Notes: generated from the letters alone by a model not told the origin. A stretch of DNA of 63,209 bases, filler included, from Desulfonatronovibrionaceae bacterium (GCA_046539845.1; 5 parts of 5 records of this genome joined end to end with filler, not necessarily neighbours in it); one strand, 5' to 3'. Counted from the first letter of the whole stretch, positions 29,907-41,810 are shown. Made by a program: numbers and translations.

Positions 29907-30937
29907 GGGGGCATATCCATTTCGATCCTCAAAAGGACTCTCTTTTCCTCCTGGATCAACGCTTCCTCCCAAGAGAAGAAAAATGGTTTGAGTGCACCAC
30001 TGTCCGGGAGGTTATCTTTGCCCTACAGGAGATGGTTGTCCGCGGGGCCCCGGCCATAGGGATAACCGCGGCCTTTGGCTGCTACCTGGCCGCCTGCGAG
30101 CAAAACGCGGGAGGTTCGCCGGACTGGCCACAGCGTTTGCAGGCGGATCTGGAGCAGCTTTCCCGGGCTCGGCCAACTGCCGTGAATTTGAACTGGGCCG
30201 TGGAGCACATGCTTGCCCTATGGCCCGGCAGAGATACTTCCCTGGCAAGGCTCAAGGACAGATGGCTGGAGGCGGCCCGGGAGCTGCTACGCACGGACCG
30301 GGAAATAAACCGTCGAATGGGAGAACTGGGCCAGACCCTGCTGCAGTCCGGAGACCGGATCATGACCCATTGCAACGCCGGTGCCCTGGCCACCGGGGGA
30401 TACGGGACCGCTCTTGGTGTGATTCGGGCCGCGGTGGAAAACAGAAAAAAAATCTCCGTAGTGGCCAACGAGACCCGGCCTTTTTTGCAGGGGGCCAGGC
30501 TGACCGCTTATGAACTGCAAAAGGCTGGTATCGAAGTGGAAGTGGCCTGCGATAATGCCTGTGGGTTTCTCATGCGCCAAGGGCTAGTGGACAGGGTGGT
30601 AGTCGGAGCGGACCGCATCGCGGCCAACGGAGACGTGGCCAACAAGATCGGGACCTATACCGTCGCGGTTGTGGCCCGGGAGCATGATATTCCCTTTTAC
30701 GTGGCCGCCCCGTCTTATTCATTTGATCCGCACTGTCCATCCGGGGAAGAGATAACAATAGAAAGGAGGCCGGCCCAAGAAATCTCTCACATACAGGGGA
30801 CTGAAATGACCCCCCCCGGGGTCGGGGTGTGCAACTTCGCCTTTGACATCACTCCGGCCGAATATGTGACCGCGTTTATCACCGAAAAAGGTATCTTCTA
30901 TCCCCGGTATGATTTTACCCGTCTGCAGGAGCTGTAA
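29903..30937 (+). CDS. mtnA: Methylthioribose-1-phosphate isomerase
   Basis: [45 protein letters not shown]. Confidence 0.93.
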   Translation: MRGHIHFDPQKDSLFLLDQRFLPREEKWFECTTVREVIFALQEMVVRGAPAIGITAAFGCYLAACEQNAGGSPDWPQRLQADLEQLSRARPTAVNLNWAVEHMLALWPGRDTSLARLKDRWLEAARELLRTDREINRRMGELGQTLLQSGDRIMTHCNAGALATGGYGTALGVIRAAVENRKKISVVANETRPFLQGARLTAYELQKAGIEVEVACDNACGFLMRQGLVDRVVVGADRIAANGDVANKIGTYTVAVVAREHDIPFYVAAPSYSFDPHCPSGEEITIERRPAQEISHIQGTEMTPPGVGVCNFAFDITPAEYVTAFITEKGIFYPRYDFTRLQEL

Positions 30938-31129
30938 AAACAGTTCTTGCCACGGACAAGCCTCTTGATGGGGCTTCAAAACGGTAGAAATCGTCGCGGC
31001 TACGCCTATAAGCGGAAAAAAATCGGATGGGCTTTATTCTTAAAATACTGCCCGGGCCGAGCCACAGCAGTAGTATGGAACCCAAAAAATGACCTGGACA
31101 TTAAGAAAAGAAAAAACAGGAGATTATAA

Positions 31130-31930
31130 ATGGCTTTGGAAGAGAAAATTATAACCGAGGCTATCGCCGAAAGGTATTTTGAGAAATTCCGAAATTGTCT
31201 GGACCTGGATGTGGCCATTGTCGGCGGCGGCCCCTCGGGCATGACCGCCGGATACAAGCTGGCCGGGCAGGGCTATCGGGTGGCCATGTTCGAACGTAAG
31301 CTGTCCCTGGGCGGCGGCATGTGGGGCGGGGGTATGACCTTTAACTTTATAGTGGTTCAGCAGGAAGGCAGGCGACTTCTGGAGGAAATCGGACTGGAAC
31401 TCAGGGAGTACCGGCCCGGATATTTTACAGCAGACGCGGTGACCGCTACCACCACCCTGGCTTCAGCCGCCTGTCGGGCCGGACTGCAGGTATTCAATTG
31501 CGTGAGTGTCGAGGATACGGTCATCCGGCATGAAGGCAGCCAAAAAAAGGTGAGCGGACTGGTCATTAATTACAGCCCGGTGGAGATCGCCGGTCTGCAT
31601 GTGGACCCGCTCATGGTCAAGAGCAAATTCGTTATCGAGGCCACCGGCCACGATACCGAACTATTGCACACCCTGGTCCGCAAAAACGACATAAAATTAA
31701 ACACCCCCTCGGGAAATATCGAGGGCGAGCAATCCATGTGGGTGGAACAGGCAGAAAGCAATACCGTGAAAAACACCAAAGAAGTCTTTCCCGGGGTGTA
31801 TGTCACCGGCATGGCCGCCAATGCCTGTTTCGGCTCCTATCGTATGGGCCCGATTTTCGGGGGCATGCTCCTTTCCGGGGAAAAGGCCGCTCAGGAGATA
31901 TCCAAGCGCCTCAAAAACGAAGACTACTGA
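31130..31930 (+). CDS. thi4: Sulfide-dependent thiazole synthase (Thi4, non-Cys type)
   Basis: GGGPSG, GGGMWGGG, LHVDP, EATGHD, RMGPIFGGMLLSG. Confidence 0.93.
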   Translation: MALEEKIITEAIAERYFEKFRNCLDLDVAIVGGGPSGMTAGYKLAGQGYRVAMFERKLSLGGGMWGGGMTFNFIVVQQEGRRLLEEIGLELREYRPGYFTADAVTATTTLASAACRAGLQVFNCVSVEDTVIRHEGSQKKVSGLVINYSPVEIAGLHVDPLMVKSKFVIEATGHDTELLHTLVRKNDIKLNTPSGNIEGEQSMWVEQAESNTVKNTKEVFPGVYVTGMAANACFGSYRMGPIFGGMLLSGEKAAQEISKRLKNEDY

Positions 31931-31933
31931 GCT

Positions 31934-33250
31934 ATGCAACCCCTGGCGGTTATTGTCGGGCGCCCCAACGTGGGCAAGTCCACCCTTTTCAATCGGCTCA
32001 TCCGCAAAAACAGGGCCCTGACCCACAATCGTCCCGGGGTGACCCGGGACCGGATCTACGGGGAGGTACGTAGCGTGGAGCCCGGATTCGCCCTGGTGGA
32101 TACCGGCGGGCTGGTCCCGGAGTCAGAAAGCAAGATCGAGTCCGAGATATTTGATCAGACCCGGGAGGCTATAGAAGAAGCGGATGTGGTTTTATTCGTG
32201 GTCAACGGTCGAGAGGGGCCTGCTCCGGCGGATCTGGAACTGGCCGGGATGCTCAGGCAAAGCAATAAACCTGTTGTCTTCGCTGTTAACAAGCTGGACG
32301 GAGAGGAGCAGGCCTTGGCTATGAACACTGATTTTTACGGGCTGGGGTTTGATCCGCTCCCGATATCCGCGGAACACGGTTACAACATTCCCGAGCTTTT
32401 GGACTCTATTTCCGGTTTGCTCCCGGAAAAAACAGAACCAAAAGATCGAGAACAGGAAACCGGGCTCAGGATCTCCCTCCTGGGGCGCCCCAATGTGGGC
32501 AAATCGTCGCTTATTAACACCCTGGCCGATGAAAAGCGTCAGATTGTGCATTCCGAGGCCGGCACCACCAGAGATAGTGTGGATGTGACCATCAGCAGGA
32601 ACAACCGGATGTATACATTTGTGGATACAGCCGGAGTCAGAAGAAAGAGCCGGATAAGCGATTCCCTGGAGCGCTTCAGTATCCTGCGCTCGTTGAAGAG
32701 TAGCAAAAGGGCGGAAGTGGTTTTTCTGGTCCTGGATGCATTACAGGGGGTATTGTCCCAGGATAAAAAACTATTATCCTTTCTGGAGAGAGAAAAGATC
32801 CCGTTCGTAGTTCTGGTGAACAAGGTGGACCAGGTGTCCAAGCCGCAGATGGGAAAGATGAAAAAATACTTCCAAAACGAGCTGCGTTTTTGTCCATTTG
32901 CCCCGGTGGTGTACACCTCCGCGATCACAAAAGCCGGTCTTGGAGGCCTTATGCCTTTGGCCGAAAAATTGTGGAACCAGGCCCGGCAAAGAGTGACAAC
33001 CGGAGAGTTGAACCGTTTGATCCGGGAGGCAATACTCCGGCACCAACCCCCTATGGTCAAGGGCAGGCGGGCCAAGCTGTATTATTTGACCCAGACGGAC
33101 GTGAATCCGCCGGAGTTTATATTTTTTGTCAACAACGCCTCCCTAGTCAAACCCGCTTATGCCCGGTATCTGGAAAAACAGATCCGCAAGGCGTTCGGTC
33201 TGGATATGACCCCGGTCAAGATGTATTTCCGCAACCGGGACAAGAAATGA
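31934..33250 (+). CDS. der: Ribosome biogenesis GTPase Der
   Basis: Two GRPNVGKS P-loops, DTGG/DTAG, NKLD/NKVD. Confidence 0.97.
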   Translation: MQPLAVIVGRPNVGKSTLFNRLIRKNRALTHNRPGVTRDRIYGEVRSVEPGFALVDTGGLVPESESKIESEIFDQTREAIEEADVVLFVVNGREGPAPADLELAGMLRQSNKPVVFAVNKLDGEEQALAMNTDFYGLGFDPLPISAEHGYNIPELLDSISGLLPEKTEPKDREQETGLRISLLGRPNVGKSSLINTLADEKRQIVHSEAGTTRDSVDVTISRNNRMYTFVDTAGVRRKSRISDSLERFSILRSLKSSKRAEVVFLVLDALQGVLSQDKKLLSFLEREKIPFVVLVNKVDQVSKPQMGKMKKYFQNELRFCPFAPVVYTSAITKAGLGGLMPLAEKLWNQARQRVTTGELNRLIREAILRHQPPMVKGRRAKLYYLTQTDVNPPEFIFFVNNASLVKPAYARYLEKQIRKAFGLDMTPVKMYFRNRDKK

Positions 33251-33396
33251 GTGTACAGGACCAGTCCATGGTATACGCCGCCTGGAAAACGATTCGCCGG
33301 CTGAGCCTGCTCATGGCGGGGCCTGGAGATATTCAGTCCGTATTCGGAACAACATGGGTTGTTTTCAATTTTAATACCTGATTCAGGAGGAGATTT

Positions 33397-34320
33397 ATGG
33401 TTCAGAAGGCGGAGTACATCTGGTTCGACGGGGAGCTGGTCCCCTGGGATGAGGCTCGGGTCCATGTTTTGACCCATACTTTGCACTACGGACTCGGCGT
33501 GTTCGAAGGAATCCGCTGCTATCAGTGCAAAGACGGATCTTCCGCGGTGTTTCGGCTCAAAGAGCATGTGGACCGCTTCTTTGATTCGGCGCGTATCATG
33601 AACATGGAGATACCGTTTTCCAGGCAGGCGATTTCCGAGGCCATACTCAACACTCTGGAGAGAAACGGCCTAAAGGAAGGCTATATCCGGCCCCTGGCCT
33701 TTATCGGGGATGGGGTCATGGGAGTGCATCCCGGGGACAATCCGGTGCGGACAACGATTGTCACCTGGCCCTGGGGGGCTTATCTCGGGGACGAGGCCTT
33801 GAACAAAGGCATCCGGGTGCGGACCTCATCTTTTTCCCGACACCATGTGAACGTGATGATGACCAAGGCCAAGGTGTGCGGGAACTACGTCAATTCCATT
33901 CTAGCCAAAAGAGAAGCGGTCGCGGACGGTTATGACGAGGCCTTGATGCTTGACGTGGACGGCTATGTATCCGAGGCAACCGGGGAGAATATCTTTCTGG
34001 TCAAAAACGGGGTGCTCAAGACTCCGCCTTTGGGGTCTATACTGGGCGGGATCACCCGGGATACCCTGATCACCATGGCCCGGGATATGGAGTATACTGT
34101 AAAGGAACACCGCTTCACCCGCGATGAATTGTACGCGGCTGACGAGGCCTTTTTCTGCGGGACCGCTGCAGAGGTCACCCCCATAAGGGAGATCGACCGC
34201 CGGGTTATCGGGCAGGGGCAGGCCGGTCCGTTGACTAAGATCCTGCAGTCGGAGTACTTCGGGGTCGTGCACGGGGAGAACCTCAAATACGCCGGATGGC
34301 TCGAGCATTACTCGGCCTAG
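33397..34320 (+). CDS. ilvE: Branched-chain amino acid aminotransferase
   Basis: [36 protein letters not shown]. Confidence 0.96.
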   Translation: MVQKAEYIWFDGELVPWDEARVHVLTHTLHYGLGVFEGIRCYQCKDGSSAVFRLKEHVDRFFDSARIMNMEIPFSRQAISEAILNTLERNGLKEGYIRPLAFIGDGVMGVHPGDNPVRTTIVTWPWGAYLGDEALNKGIRVRTSSFSRHHVNVMMTKAKVCGNYVNSILAKREAVADGYDEALMLDVDGYVSEATGENIFLVKNGVLKTPPLGSILGGITRDTLITMARDMEYTVKEHRFTRDELYAADEAFFCGTAAEVTPIREIDRRVIGQGQAGPLTKILQSEYFGVVHGENLKYAGWLEHYSA

Positions 34321-34438
34321 CTAAAGCCTGGCCAACAGCGCACCGGCAAGTGATCCGGTCTATTCTTCCCCGACCGCTTGTTGGCCAGGATACGGAAAAA
34401 ACCGCGGCAAAGTCCGCCCATACAGGATGCAATAACTA

Positions 34439-36064
34439 ATGACCAGGGACAACCTCACTGCCAGGTACAGACCACAGACCTTTGCCCAAGTCGCAGGTCA
34501 GGGGTTTATCAAAAAGATTTTGTCCCGGGCCTGTGCCAGGGACAAAATCGCCCCGGCATATATCTTCAGCGGCACCCGCGGGGTGGGCAAGACCTCTCTG
34601 GCCAGGGTCATGGCCAAAGGCATAAACTGCCTCCAGGGCCCGGATGAGGAACCCTGTAATCAGTGTCGCAACTGCCGGCAGATTACTGCCGGGACCTGCA
34701 CGGACGTCATGGAAATAGACGCCGCCTCCTATACCGGGGTGGACAATGTCCGCCGCCTGCGGGAGGAGGTTTTTTACTCACCGCTGGGGTGCAGGTTCAA
34801 AGTGGTCATAATCGACGAAGTGCACATGCTCTCCAGGTCCGCGTTTAATGCCTTACTCAAGACCATAGAAGAGCCTCCAAAACACTGCGTGTTCATAATG
34901 GCCACCACCGAGCCGAAAAAGATCCCGGCCACGATTATCAGCAGGTGTCAACATTTTGTGTTCAAAAACCTCCCCCGGACAGAACTGGAAGGGCATTTAA
35001 AGCACGTCCTGGAGGCGGAAGGACAGGACTTTGAACCCAAGGCAGTGGAAATCCTGGCCAAAAGGGCGGACGGTAGTGTGCGGGACAGCATGTCCCTGGT
35101 GAGCCAGGTCCTGGCTTTGGGCGGGGAAAAGCTTACCGAGGCAGATGTGCGAAGCGTTTTGGGTCTAGCCGGGCAGGAGTTTTTTTTGAACCTTGTTTGC
35201 GCCGTCCGGGACCAAGACCTGCCTGCTCTGGAAGGCCTGATCGACGATCTCTTGGACCAGGGGCTGGACCTGGGATTCTTTCTGCGAGAATTCGCTCAGT
35301 GCTGGCGGAATATGTTCCTTATCCGCCAGGCCGGGGACCAGGCCGCACAGCTCTTGGACATGGACCAGGAGCTGGCCGGACAGTGGCGGGAGCTCGCAGC
35401 CGGGCTGCCGGTACAGTTTATCCATGCCGCCTGGCAGATGGTTTTAGAGTCGCAGTATGGCATCCTGAAGAGCCTGGAGCCGGGCCAGGCTCTGGAACTC
35501 TTATTACTCAACCTGGCCTATCTCCCGCATCTCCTTCCGGTTTCCGAGCTGAACACCGGTGCCGAGGACCGGAAGATCCCGATCCCTGACGAACAAAATC
35601 CCGGGGAGAAAAAAAAAAGCGGTGAGGCAGACCCAAAGCAGGAAAAGGCCGAACCAGAACAGGGCGGAGAAGGCCAAATCCCGGATAATGAGGAGTGGAA
35701 AAAGGATTTTTCCGGATTTATATCATATTGTGCCGCACACTCCAGACCGGAGGAGGTGGGGCTGAACACCTTGAAGAAGACCAGCGCTTATCGCCCGGAA
35801 CCCGGCAGGCTGGTCATCTCCTGTACGCATATATCTCAAGGGGAGATCCTTAAAAAAAACGGCAAATACGAAAAATTGCAAAAACTTTGCCGCGATTTCT
35901 TCGGTCCGGATACCGAACTCGAACTGGAGCTGCCGGAGAAAAAAGAGTTCCCCTCCAAGAACGAGCTGCGGGAAAAGGCCCTGCAGCATCCCGGAGTGAA
36001 AAAAGTTTTGCAGAGATTTAACGCCAGGGTGCTCGATGTCCGGAGCCTGGAAAACAATTACTGA
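34439..36064 (+). CDS. dnaX: DNA polymerase III subunit tau/gamma
   Basis: RYRPQTF, GTRGVGKTS, zinc motif, IIDEVHML, SRC. Confidence 0.96.
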   Translation: MTRDNLTARYRPQTFAQVAGQGFIKKILSRACARDKIAPAYIFSGTRGVGKTSLARVMAKGINCLQGPDEEPCNQCRNCRQITAGTCTDVMEIDAASYTGVDNVRRLREEVFYSPLGCRFKVVIIDEVHMLSRSAFNALLKTIEEPPKHCVFIMATTEPKKIPATIISRCQHFVFKNLPRTELEGHLKHVLEAEGQDFEPKAVEILAKRADGSVRDSMSLVSQVLALGGEKLTEADVRSVLGLAGQEFFLNLVCAVRDQDLPALEGLIDDLLDQGLDLGFFLREFAQCWRNMFLIRQAGDQAAQLLDMDQELAGQWRELAAGLPVQFIHAAWQMVLESQYGILKSLEPGQALELLLLNLAYLPHLLPVSELNTGAEDRKIPIPDEQNPGEKKKSGEADPKQEKAEPEQGGEGQIPDNEEWKKDFSGFISYCAAHSRPEEVGLNTLKKTSAYRPEPGRLVISCTHISQGEILKKNGKYEKLQKLCRDFFGPDTELELELPEKKEFPSKNELREKALQHPGVKKVLQRFNARVLDVRSLENNY

Positions 36065-36155
36065 CCGGATCCCCGCCTGGATTTTCTTGCCGGGATTTCC
36101 GAAAATAACAGACATTGAACCGAAATCGCTTTAAATAAAAATCAGGAGTTGTCTC

Positions 36156-36458
36156 ATGAACGATCTTATTCGTCAGGCCCAACAGATGCAGAAGAAAATG
36201 GCCAAGATGCAGGAGGAGCTCAACCAGAAAGAGGTCGAGGCCACTTCCGGCGGAGGGATGGTCCGGGTCCGGGTCAACGGAGCCAAGGAAGTCCTGGAAA
36301 TAGCCATAGATCCCTCGGTGGTGGACGCCGAGGAGGTGGAAATGCTCCAGGATCTGGTTACGGCCGCAGTTAACGAGGCTTTGAAAAAGGCCGGGGATAT
36401 GGTCCAGTCCGAGATGTCCCAGCTAACCGGGGGCATGAACATCCCGGGGATGTTCTAA
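36156..36458 (+). CDS. ybaB: YbaB/EbfC nucleoid-associated protein
   Basis: [26 protein letters not shown]; lies between dnaX and recR. Confidence 0.95.
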   Translation: MNDLIRQAQQMQKKMAKMQEELNQKEVEATSGGGMVRVRVNGAKEVLEIAIDPSVVDAEEVEMLQDLVTAAVNEALKKAGDMVQSEMSQLTGGMNIPGMF

Positions 36459-36471
36459 ACGGGGTGCGGAC

Positions 36472-37080
36472 TTGAGTAATACACTGCCCGGCCCGCTCCG
36501 GGATCTGGTGGAGCAGTTCTCTTCCTTCCCCGGGGTAGGGCCCAAAAGCGCGCTCAGGATGGCCATGACTTTGCTGAAGTGGCCGGAGGAAAAGACCAGG
36601 GACCTCGGCCGCCGCATCCAGAAGTTGCGGGACTCTCTGTGCATCTGCAGCCAATGCCGCACCCTTTCCGACTCTGATCCGTGCACCATCTGTCTCGATC
36701 CGGGCCGGAGCAACGGCCAGCTGTGTATTGTGGCTGAGTGGGATTCACTTCTGAGCATGGAGGAAGCAGGTTTTTTTCGGGGCAGATATTTTGTCTTGGG
36801 CGGCCTTTTGTCCCCGCTTGAGGGTGTCTCCTCCCGGAATCTGGAGATAGACGCCCTGCATGACAGGCTCGGCCGCGGGGATATAAACGAGGTCATTCTG
36901 GCCCTGGGGACCATCATGGAGGCAGAGAACACCGGGTCCTTTCTGCGGGACATGCTGGAAAAAAAATTCCCCCACATCACCCTGACCAGACTGGCCCAGG
37001 GGATCCCCTTGGGTTCGGAGCTCAAATACATTGACCGGGACACGCTTCGCCAGTCCCTGGAATACAGACAGAACTTTTAA
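36472..37080 (+). CDS. recR: Recombination mediator RecR
   Basis: PGVGPKSA, C4 zinc finger, Toprim, RLAQGIPLGSEL; TTG start. Confidence 0.95.
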   Translation: MSNTLPGPLRDLVEQFSSFPGVGPKSALRMAMTLLKWPEEKTRDLGRRIQKLRDSLCICSQCRTLSDSDPCTICLDPGRSNGQLCIVAEWDSLLSMEEAGFFRGRYFVLGGLLSPLEGVSSRNLEIDALHDRLGRGDINEVILALGTIMEAENTGSFLRDMLEKKFPHITLTRLAQGIPLGSELKYIDRDTLRQSLEYRQNF

Positions 37081-37215
37081 ACCGCTGCCCCGGGTCGGGC
37101 AGGGAGATCGAAATATTTACGGATAGAACCGGTTTCGGGCTTAAACGGCCCTGAAACCGGAGTAGTCACCCTTTTATATCCCAACCAAGCAAAGGCTTGA
37201 GCCAAGGAGGACCTT

Positions 37216-37761
37216 ATGCAGGAGATCAGAATTCATGGACGCGGAGGACAGGGCGGAGTGACTTCAGCCGAACTTCTGGCCCGCGGGGCCATCAACAAAG
37301 GCAAGCATGGCCAGGCCTTCCCTAGTTTTGGACCGGAGCGCCGCGGCGCCCCGGTACAGGCCTTTGTCCGGGTCTCGGACGGGGAGATCCGTTTGCGGGA
37401 AAAAATTTACGAGCCGGACATAGTTATGGTTCTCGATCCCAGTCTTTTGGAGATCGCCAAGGTGGCCGAGGGACTCAAAGAAAACGGCCTGGTGGTGATA
37501 AATTCCCATGAGTCGGCAAAAACAATAAAAGACAAATATGACTTCCCCAAGGTGGCCCGGGTGGATGCCACCAGCATCGCCATAGAGGAACTTGGCGTAC
37601 CCATCACCAATACCACCATGCTCGGCGCCCTGCTCAGCGCCTCCGGAATCATGAAGATTAAGGACATGGAGGATGTGGTCATGGAGCGTTTCGGGTCCAA
37701 ACTGGGACCCAAAAACTTTAAGGCCATGCACAGGGCTTTCGAGGAGATGGAAACCACCTGA
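37216..37761 (+). CDS. 2-oxoacid:ferredoxin oxidoreductase gamma subunit (stand-alone)
   Basis: EIRIHGRGGQG, FGPERRGAP, NTTMLGA. Confidence 0.9.
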   Translation: MQEIRIHGRGGQGGVTSAELLARGAINKGKHGQAFPSFGPERRGAPVQAFVRVSDGEIRLREKIYEPDIVMVLDPSLLEIAKVAEGLKENGLVVINSHESAKTIKDKYDFPKVARVDATSIAIEELGVPITNTTMLGALLSASGIMKIKDMEDVVMERFGSKLGPKNFKAMHRAFEEMETT

Positions 37762-37764
37762 ACC

Positions 37765-37787
37765 GCCCCGCCCCTGCGGGGCTTTTT
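37765..37787 (+). terminator. Terminator after the gamma-subunit gene
   Basis: GCCCCGC-CCCT-GCGGGGC-TTTTT. Confidence 0.6.
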
Positions 37788-37799
37788 AAGGCCCGGAAT

Positions 37800-40046
37800 A
37801 TGGAACAGCTCAAGGCCGAAGTCCGAAATATAGTGTTCGCCTCCGAGGACAACGGGTATACAGTGGCCCGGGTCCGGGCGAAAAGTGAGCCCGGGGAGGT
37901 AACTATCTGCGGTTATCTGGGGACTATTGTCCCCGGCGAGATCCTGGATATGTCCGGGCACTGGAAGGAGCACCCCAAATTCGGACGCCAATTCCAGGTT
38001 CAGAATTATTCCCAGATCCTGCCGGCCACGGAAAACGGCATCAAGCGTTATCTGAGTTCGAATATGATCAAGGGCATCGGTCCGGTGACCGCGGAGCGCC
38101 TGGTCAATTCCTTTGGTGCCGGGGTGCTGGACATCCTGGATCAAAACCCGGACCGGCTTTTGGAAGTGGAGGGGATCGGTCCTGGCAAACTCAAGACCAT
38201 TGTCAACTCCTGGGAAGAACAAAGGGAAATCCGCTCTTTGATGCTCTTTTTGCAGAGCCATGCGGTATCCCCAACCTTTGCCTCCCGCATATTCTCCAGA
38301 TATGGACAGGAGGCGATCGAACGCCTGAAGTCTGATCCGTACGATCTGGCCTATGATATCCACGGCATAGGTTTTCGCACTGCGGACAGCATGGCCCTCA
38401 AACTCGGATTCGAGCCGGACAGTCCGGCCCGCCTGCAGGCCGCGGTTGTTTATGTTTTGTTCAAAATGAGCGAGCAGGGGCATCTATTTTACCCCCGGGA
38501 TATGCTTTTGCGCAAAGTCCTGGACACCCTGGGCGGGGATATCGACATGGACCAGGTCGAACTTGCCCTAGATCGGCTGCAGGAAAAAAAACGGGTGCAC
38601 ATCTGCCCCCTTCCGGAACAGGGTATAAGTGAGGCGGTGTATCTGGCCTATTTTTTCCGGGTGGAAAAGGAACTCGCCTCCCGCCTTTATTTCATGCAAT
38701 CCCACCCGGCTGCGGTCTCAGAGGAAAAAATCCTGGAGATCATGCCCGAGATTGAGAGAAAGGAAATGCTCGCCTTGAGCGAACAGCAAAAAGAGGCGGT
38801 CCTTGCCGCATGCCTGAACAAGGTGTGCGTGATCACTGGGGGCCCGGGGACCGGGAAGACCACCATTACCAGATTCATAGTCCATACCCTGGCCGGTTTC
38901 GGGTTGAATATAAAATTGGCCGCGCCTACGGGCAGGGCGGCCAAAAGGCTTTCCGAAGCTACGGACTGGGAGGCCAGCACCATCCACAGGCTCCTTAGAT
39001 ACGCCCCGGGGAGCGGATTCGAACACTGTGAGGCCAATAAACTCAAGGTGGACGTACTGATCGTGGATGAGGTATCCATGCTGGACTGTCCTTTGTGTCT
39101 AAGCCTGCTGCAGGCCCTGCCGGTCACCAGCCGGATTGTCTTTATCGGGGACGTGAACCAGCTGCCTTCGGTCGGGCCCGGCAACGTGCTTCAGGACATT
39201 CTGCAGAGCGAAACCATCCCGGCCAGGCGACTGACAGAGATCTTTCGCCAGGCCCGGGAGAGCATGATCGTGGTCAACGCCCACCGCATAAACGAAGGCA
39301 AATTCCCTGTAGGCAGCGACAAAAAGCCGCCTAAGGCGGATTTTTTCTGGGTTGTCAGGGAGGATCTAGACAAGACCAGGGATCTGATCCTGAAAATGGT
39401 CTGCGAGCGCATCCCTGAGGCCTTTGGTCTGGATCCGCTGCGCGACGTGCAGATATTGACCCCCATGCACAAGGGAGAGGTAGGAACGGCCAGGCTGAAC
39501 ACCCTTTTACAGGAAAGTCTGAATCCAAAAGGCAGGGAAATGCGCCGCGGGGAAAGGGTATTCCGGGTGGGAGACCGCATCCTGCAGACCAGAAACAACT
39601 ATGACAAGGACGTATACAACGGGGATCTGGGCTGGATAACAGACATAAGTTTTGAAGACTTTGAACTGCTGATCGATTACGAGGGCCGGGAAGTGGCCTA
39701 TGGATTCGATGAGCTGGACGAGATAACCTTAGCCTATGCGGTCAGTGTGCATAAGTCCCAGGGCAGTGAATATCCGGCGGTGATCATGCCGGTGGTCACC
39801 CAGCACTACATGCTTTTGCAGCGCAATCTGATCTATACCGGACTTACCCGGGCTCGCAGGTTAGCGGTTTTGATCGGGACGAACAAGGCGCTGGGGATGG
39901 GGCTGAAAAACAGCAGCTCCGGCCGGAGATTTACTCATCTGCGCTACAGGCTTCAGGAAATGTTTAATTTTGCAAAAACAGATCAAGGATTCGAGGTAAT
40001 TAATGCAGGAAACAGCCAAGAGCAATTTTATTCGGGAGATAATTGA
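37800..40046 (+). CDS. recD2: RecD2-like SF1B helicase
   Basis: Hh[50 protein letters not shown]. Confidence 0.95.
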   Translation: MEQLKAEVRNIVFASEDNGYTVARVRAKSEPGEVTICGYLGTIVPGEILDMSGHWKEHPKFGRQFQVQNYSQILPATENGIKRYLSSNMIKGIGPVTAERLVNSFGAGVLDILDQNPDRLLEVEGIGPGKLKTIVNSWEEQREIRSLMLFLQSHAVSPTFASRIFSRYGQEAIERLKSDPYDLAYDIHGIGFRTADSMALKLGFEPDSPARLQAAVVYVLFKMSEQGHLFYPRDMLLRKVLDTLGGDIDMDQVELALDRLQEKKRVHICPLPEQGISEAVYLAYFFRVEKELASRLYFMQSHPAAVSEEKILEIMPEIERKEMLALSEQQKEAVLAACLNKVCVITGGPGTGKTTITRFIVHTLAGFGLNIKLAAPTGRAAKRLSEATDWEASTIHRLLRYAPGSGFEHCEANKLKVDVLIVDEVSMLDCPLCLSLLQALPVTSRIVFIGDVNQLPSVGPGNVLQDILQSETIPARRLTEIFRQARESMIVVNAHRINEGKFPVGSDKKPPKADFFWVVREDLDKTRDLILKMVCERIPEAFGLDPLRDVQILTPMHKGEVGTARLNTLLQESLNPKGREMRRGERVFRVGDRILQTRNNYDKDVYNGDLGWITDISFEDFELLIDYEGREVAYGFDELDEITLAYAVSVHKSQGSEYPAVIMPVVTQHYMLLQRNLIYTGLTRARRLAVLIGTNKALGMGLKNSSSGRRFTHLRYRLQEMFNFAKTDQGFEVINAGNSQEQFYSGDN

Positions 40047-41694
40047 AGCCGACCTTGCAAGTGGAAAGCATAAAACCGTTGTCACCCGCTTTCCTCCGGA
40101 ACCCAACGGATATCTGCATATAGGCCACGCCAAGGCTATCTGCCTCAATTTTGGGATTGCCCGGGACTATGGAGGCAGGTGCCATCTCCGTTTTGATGAT
40201 ACCAACCCCCTGAAGGAAAACCCGGAGTTCGTGCAATCCATCAAGGACGATGTCCGTTGGCTGGGTTATGAATGGGACGGAGAAGCTAGGTTTGCCTCGG
40301 ATTATTTCCATAACCTATACACTTTCGCGGTCTCCCTGATAGAGCAGGGCAAGGCCTATGTCTGCAGCCTGACTCCGGAAGAAATCCGCAGCTACCGGGG
40401 CACCCTGACCCAGCCTGGCCGGGACAGTCCATACCGGGATCGGAGTATCGAGGAAAATCTGGATCTGTTCACCCGTATGCGCAAAGGCAAATTCCGGGAC
40501 GGAGAGCATGTTCTCAGGGCCAGAATAGATATGTCCTCTCCAAATATGAACATGCGCGATCCGGTGCTGTACCGTATCCTGCATGCCGCTCACCATCGGA
40601 CCGGAGACAAATGGTGCATCTATCCCACCTATGATTTCACCCACTGCCTTTCGGACGCCTTGGAAGGAATCACCCATTCTTTGTGCTCCCTGGAGTTCCA
40701 GGATCACCGTCCGCTCTACGACTGGATCCTAAAACAGCTGAATGTGCCCTGTCACCCGCAGCAGATCGAATTCGCCCGCCTGAATCTCAACTACACCATA
40801 ACCAGCAAGCGCAGACTGTCCCGGCTGGTGGACGAAGGTTATGTGGAAGGGTGGGACGACCCCCGCATGCCCACCATATCCGGTTTGAAAAGACGCGGCA
40901 TCCCCCCGGCAGCGGTGCGCGACTTCTGCGAACGCATCGGGGTGGCCAAAAGCGACAATATCGTGGACATGGCCCTTTTAGAACACTGTGTGCGCGAATA
41001 TCTTAACCAGACTGCCCCCCGGGTGATGGGAGTCCTGGATCCGCTAAAGGTGGTAATCACCAATTATCCGCATCAAACCGAGGACCTGGAGGCGGTCAAC
41101 AACCCGGAGGACCCGGAAATGGGAAGCAGAAAGGTCCCGTTCAGTCGGGAGATCTATATTGAACGCGACGATTTCCGCGAGGATCCACCACGCAAATTTT
41201 TTCGTCTGGCCCCGGGCCGGGAGGTCAGGCTCCGCTATGCCTATTTCATCACTTGCACGGGTGTGATCAAGGATGAAGAAGGAGAACCGGTCGAACTCCG
41301 CTGTACCTATGATCCCGAGAGCAGGGGGGGGCAGTCCCCGGACGGACGCAAGGTGAAAGGGACCCTGCATTGGGTGTCGGCCGCACATGGCCTGCCTGCC
41401 AAAGTCCGCCTCTACGATCGCTTGTTCAAACACCCCAACCCGGTGGGAGAGGGAAAGAACGACACCCCGTTTACCGAGTATATCAACCCCGAATCTTTGC
41501 AGGTTAAAAAGGGGTGCGTGATCGAGCCCGGCCTGGCGGAAAAAGGGCCCGGCTATACCTGCCAGTTCGAACGCAAGGGCTATTTCCGCATGGATGAAAG
41601 CAGCTCCAGAGAGAGGCCGATATTCAACCGTACAGCCACTCTCCGGGACTCATGGGCCAAGATAGAAAAGCAATTGCAACAGGGCAAAAAATAA
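40003..41694 (+). CDS. glnS: Glutamine--tRNA ligase
   Basis: [18 protein letters not shown] (KMSKS-like), FERKGYF. Confidence 0.96.
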   Translation: MQETAKSNFIREIIEADLASGKHKTVVTRFPPEPNGYLHIGHAKAICLNFGIARDYGGRCHLRFDDTNPLKENPEFVQSIKDDVRWLGYEWDGEARFASDYFHNLYTFAVSLIEQGKAYVCSLTPEEIRSYRGTLTQPGRDSPYRDRSIEENLDLFTRMRKGKFRDGEHVLRARIDMSSPNMNMRDPVLYRILHAAHHRTGDKWCIYPTYDFTHCLSDALEGITHSLCSLEFQDHRPLYDWILKQLNVPCHPQQIEFARLNLNYTITSKRRLSRLVDEGYVEGWDDPRMPTISGLKRRGIPPAAVRDFCERIGVAKSDNIVDMALLEHCVREYLNQTAPRVMGVLDPLKVVITNYPHQTEDLEAVNNPEDPEMGSRKVPFSREIYIERDDFREDPPRKFFRLAPGREVRLRYAYFITCTGVIKDEEGEPVELRCTYDPESRGGQSPDGRKVKGTLHWVSAAHGLPAKVRLYDRLFKHPNPVGEGKNDTPFTEYINPESLQVKKGCVIEPGLAEKGPGYTCQFERKGYFRMDESSSRERPIFNRTATLRDSWAKIEKQLQQGKK

Positions 41695-41710
41695 AAGCTC
41701 ATATTTTAAT

Positions 41711-41810
41711 NNNNNNNNNNNNNNNNNNNNNNNNNNNNNNNNNNNNNNNNNNNNTTAATTAATTAANNNNNNNNNNNNNNNNNNNNNNNNNNNNNNNNNN
41801 NNNNNNNNNN
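41711..41810. other. Artificial contig linker
   Basis: N44-TTAATTAATTAA-N44. Confidence 0.98.

Noticed and set aside
30938..31129. TPP riboswitch before thi4
   Set aside because: No CTGAGA or other conserved TPP-aptamer segments.
34321..34438. SRP RNA (ffs) upstream of dnaX
   Set aside because: A hairpin is present (CCTGGCCAACA/TGTTGGCCAGG) but the CAGG..GGAA..AGCAG domain IV motif is absent.
28473..41694. Co-occurrence of gatB and glnS
   Set aside because: Common: GatCAB then serves Asn-tRNA formation.
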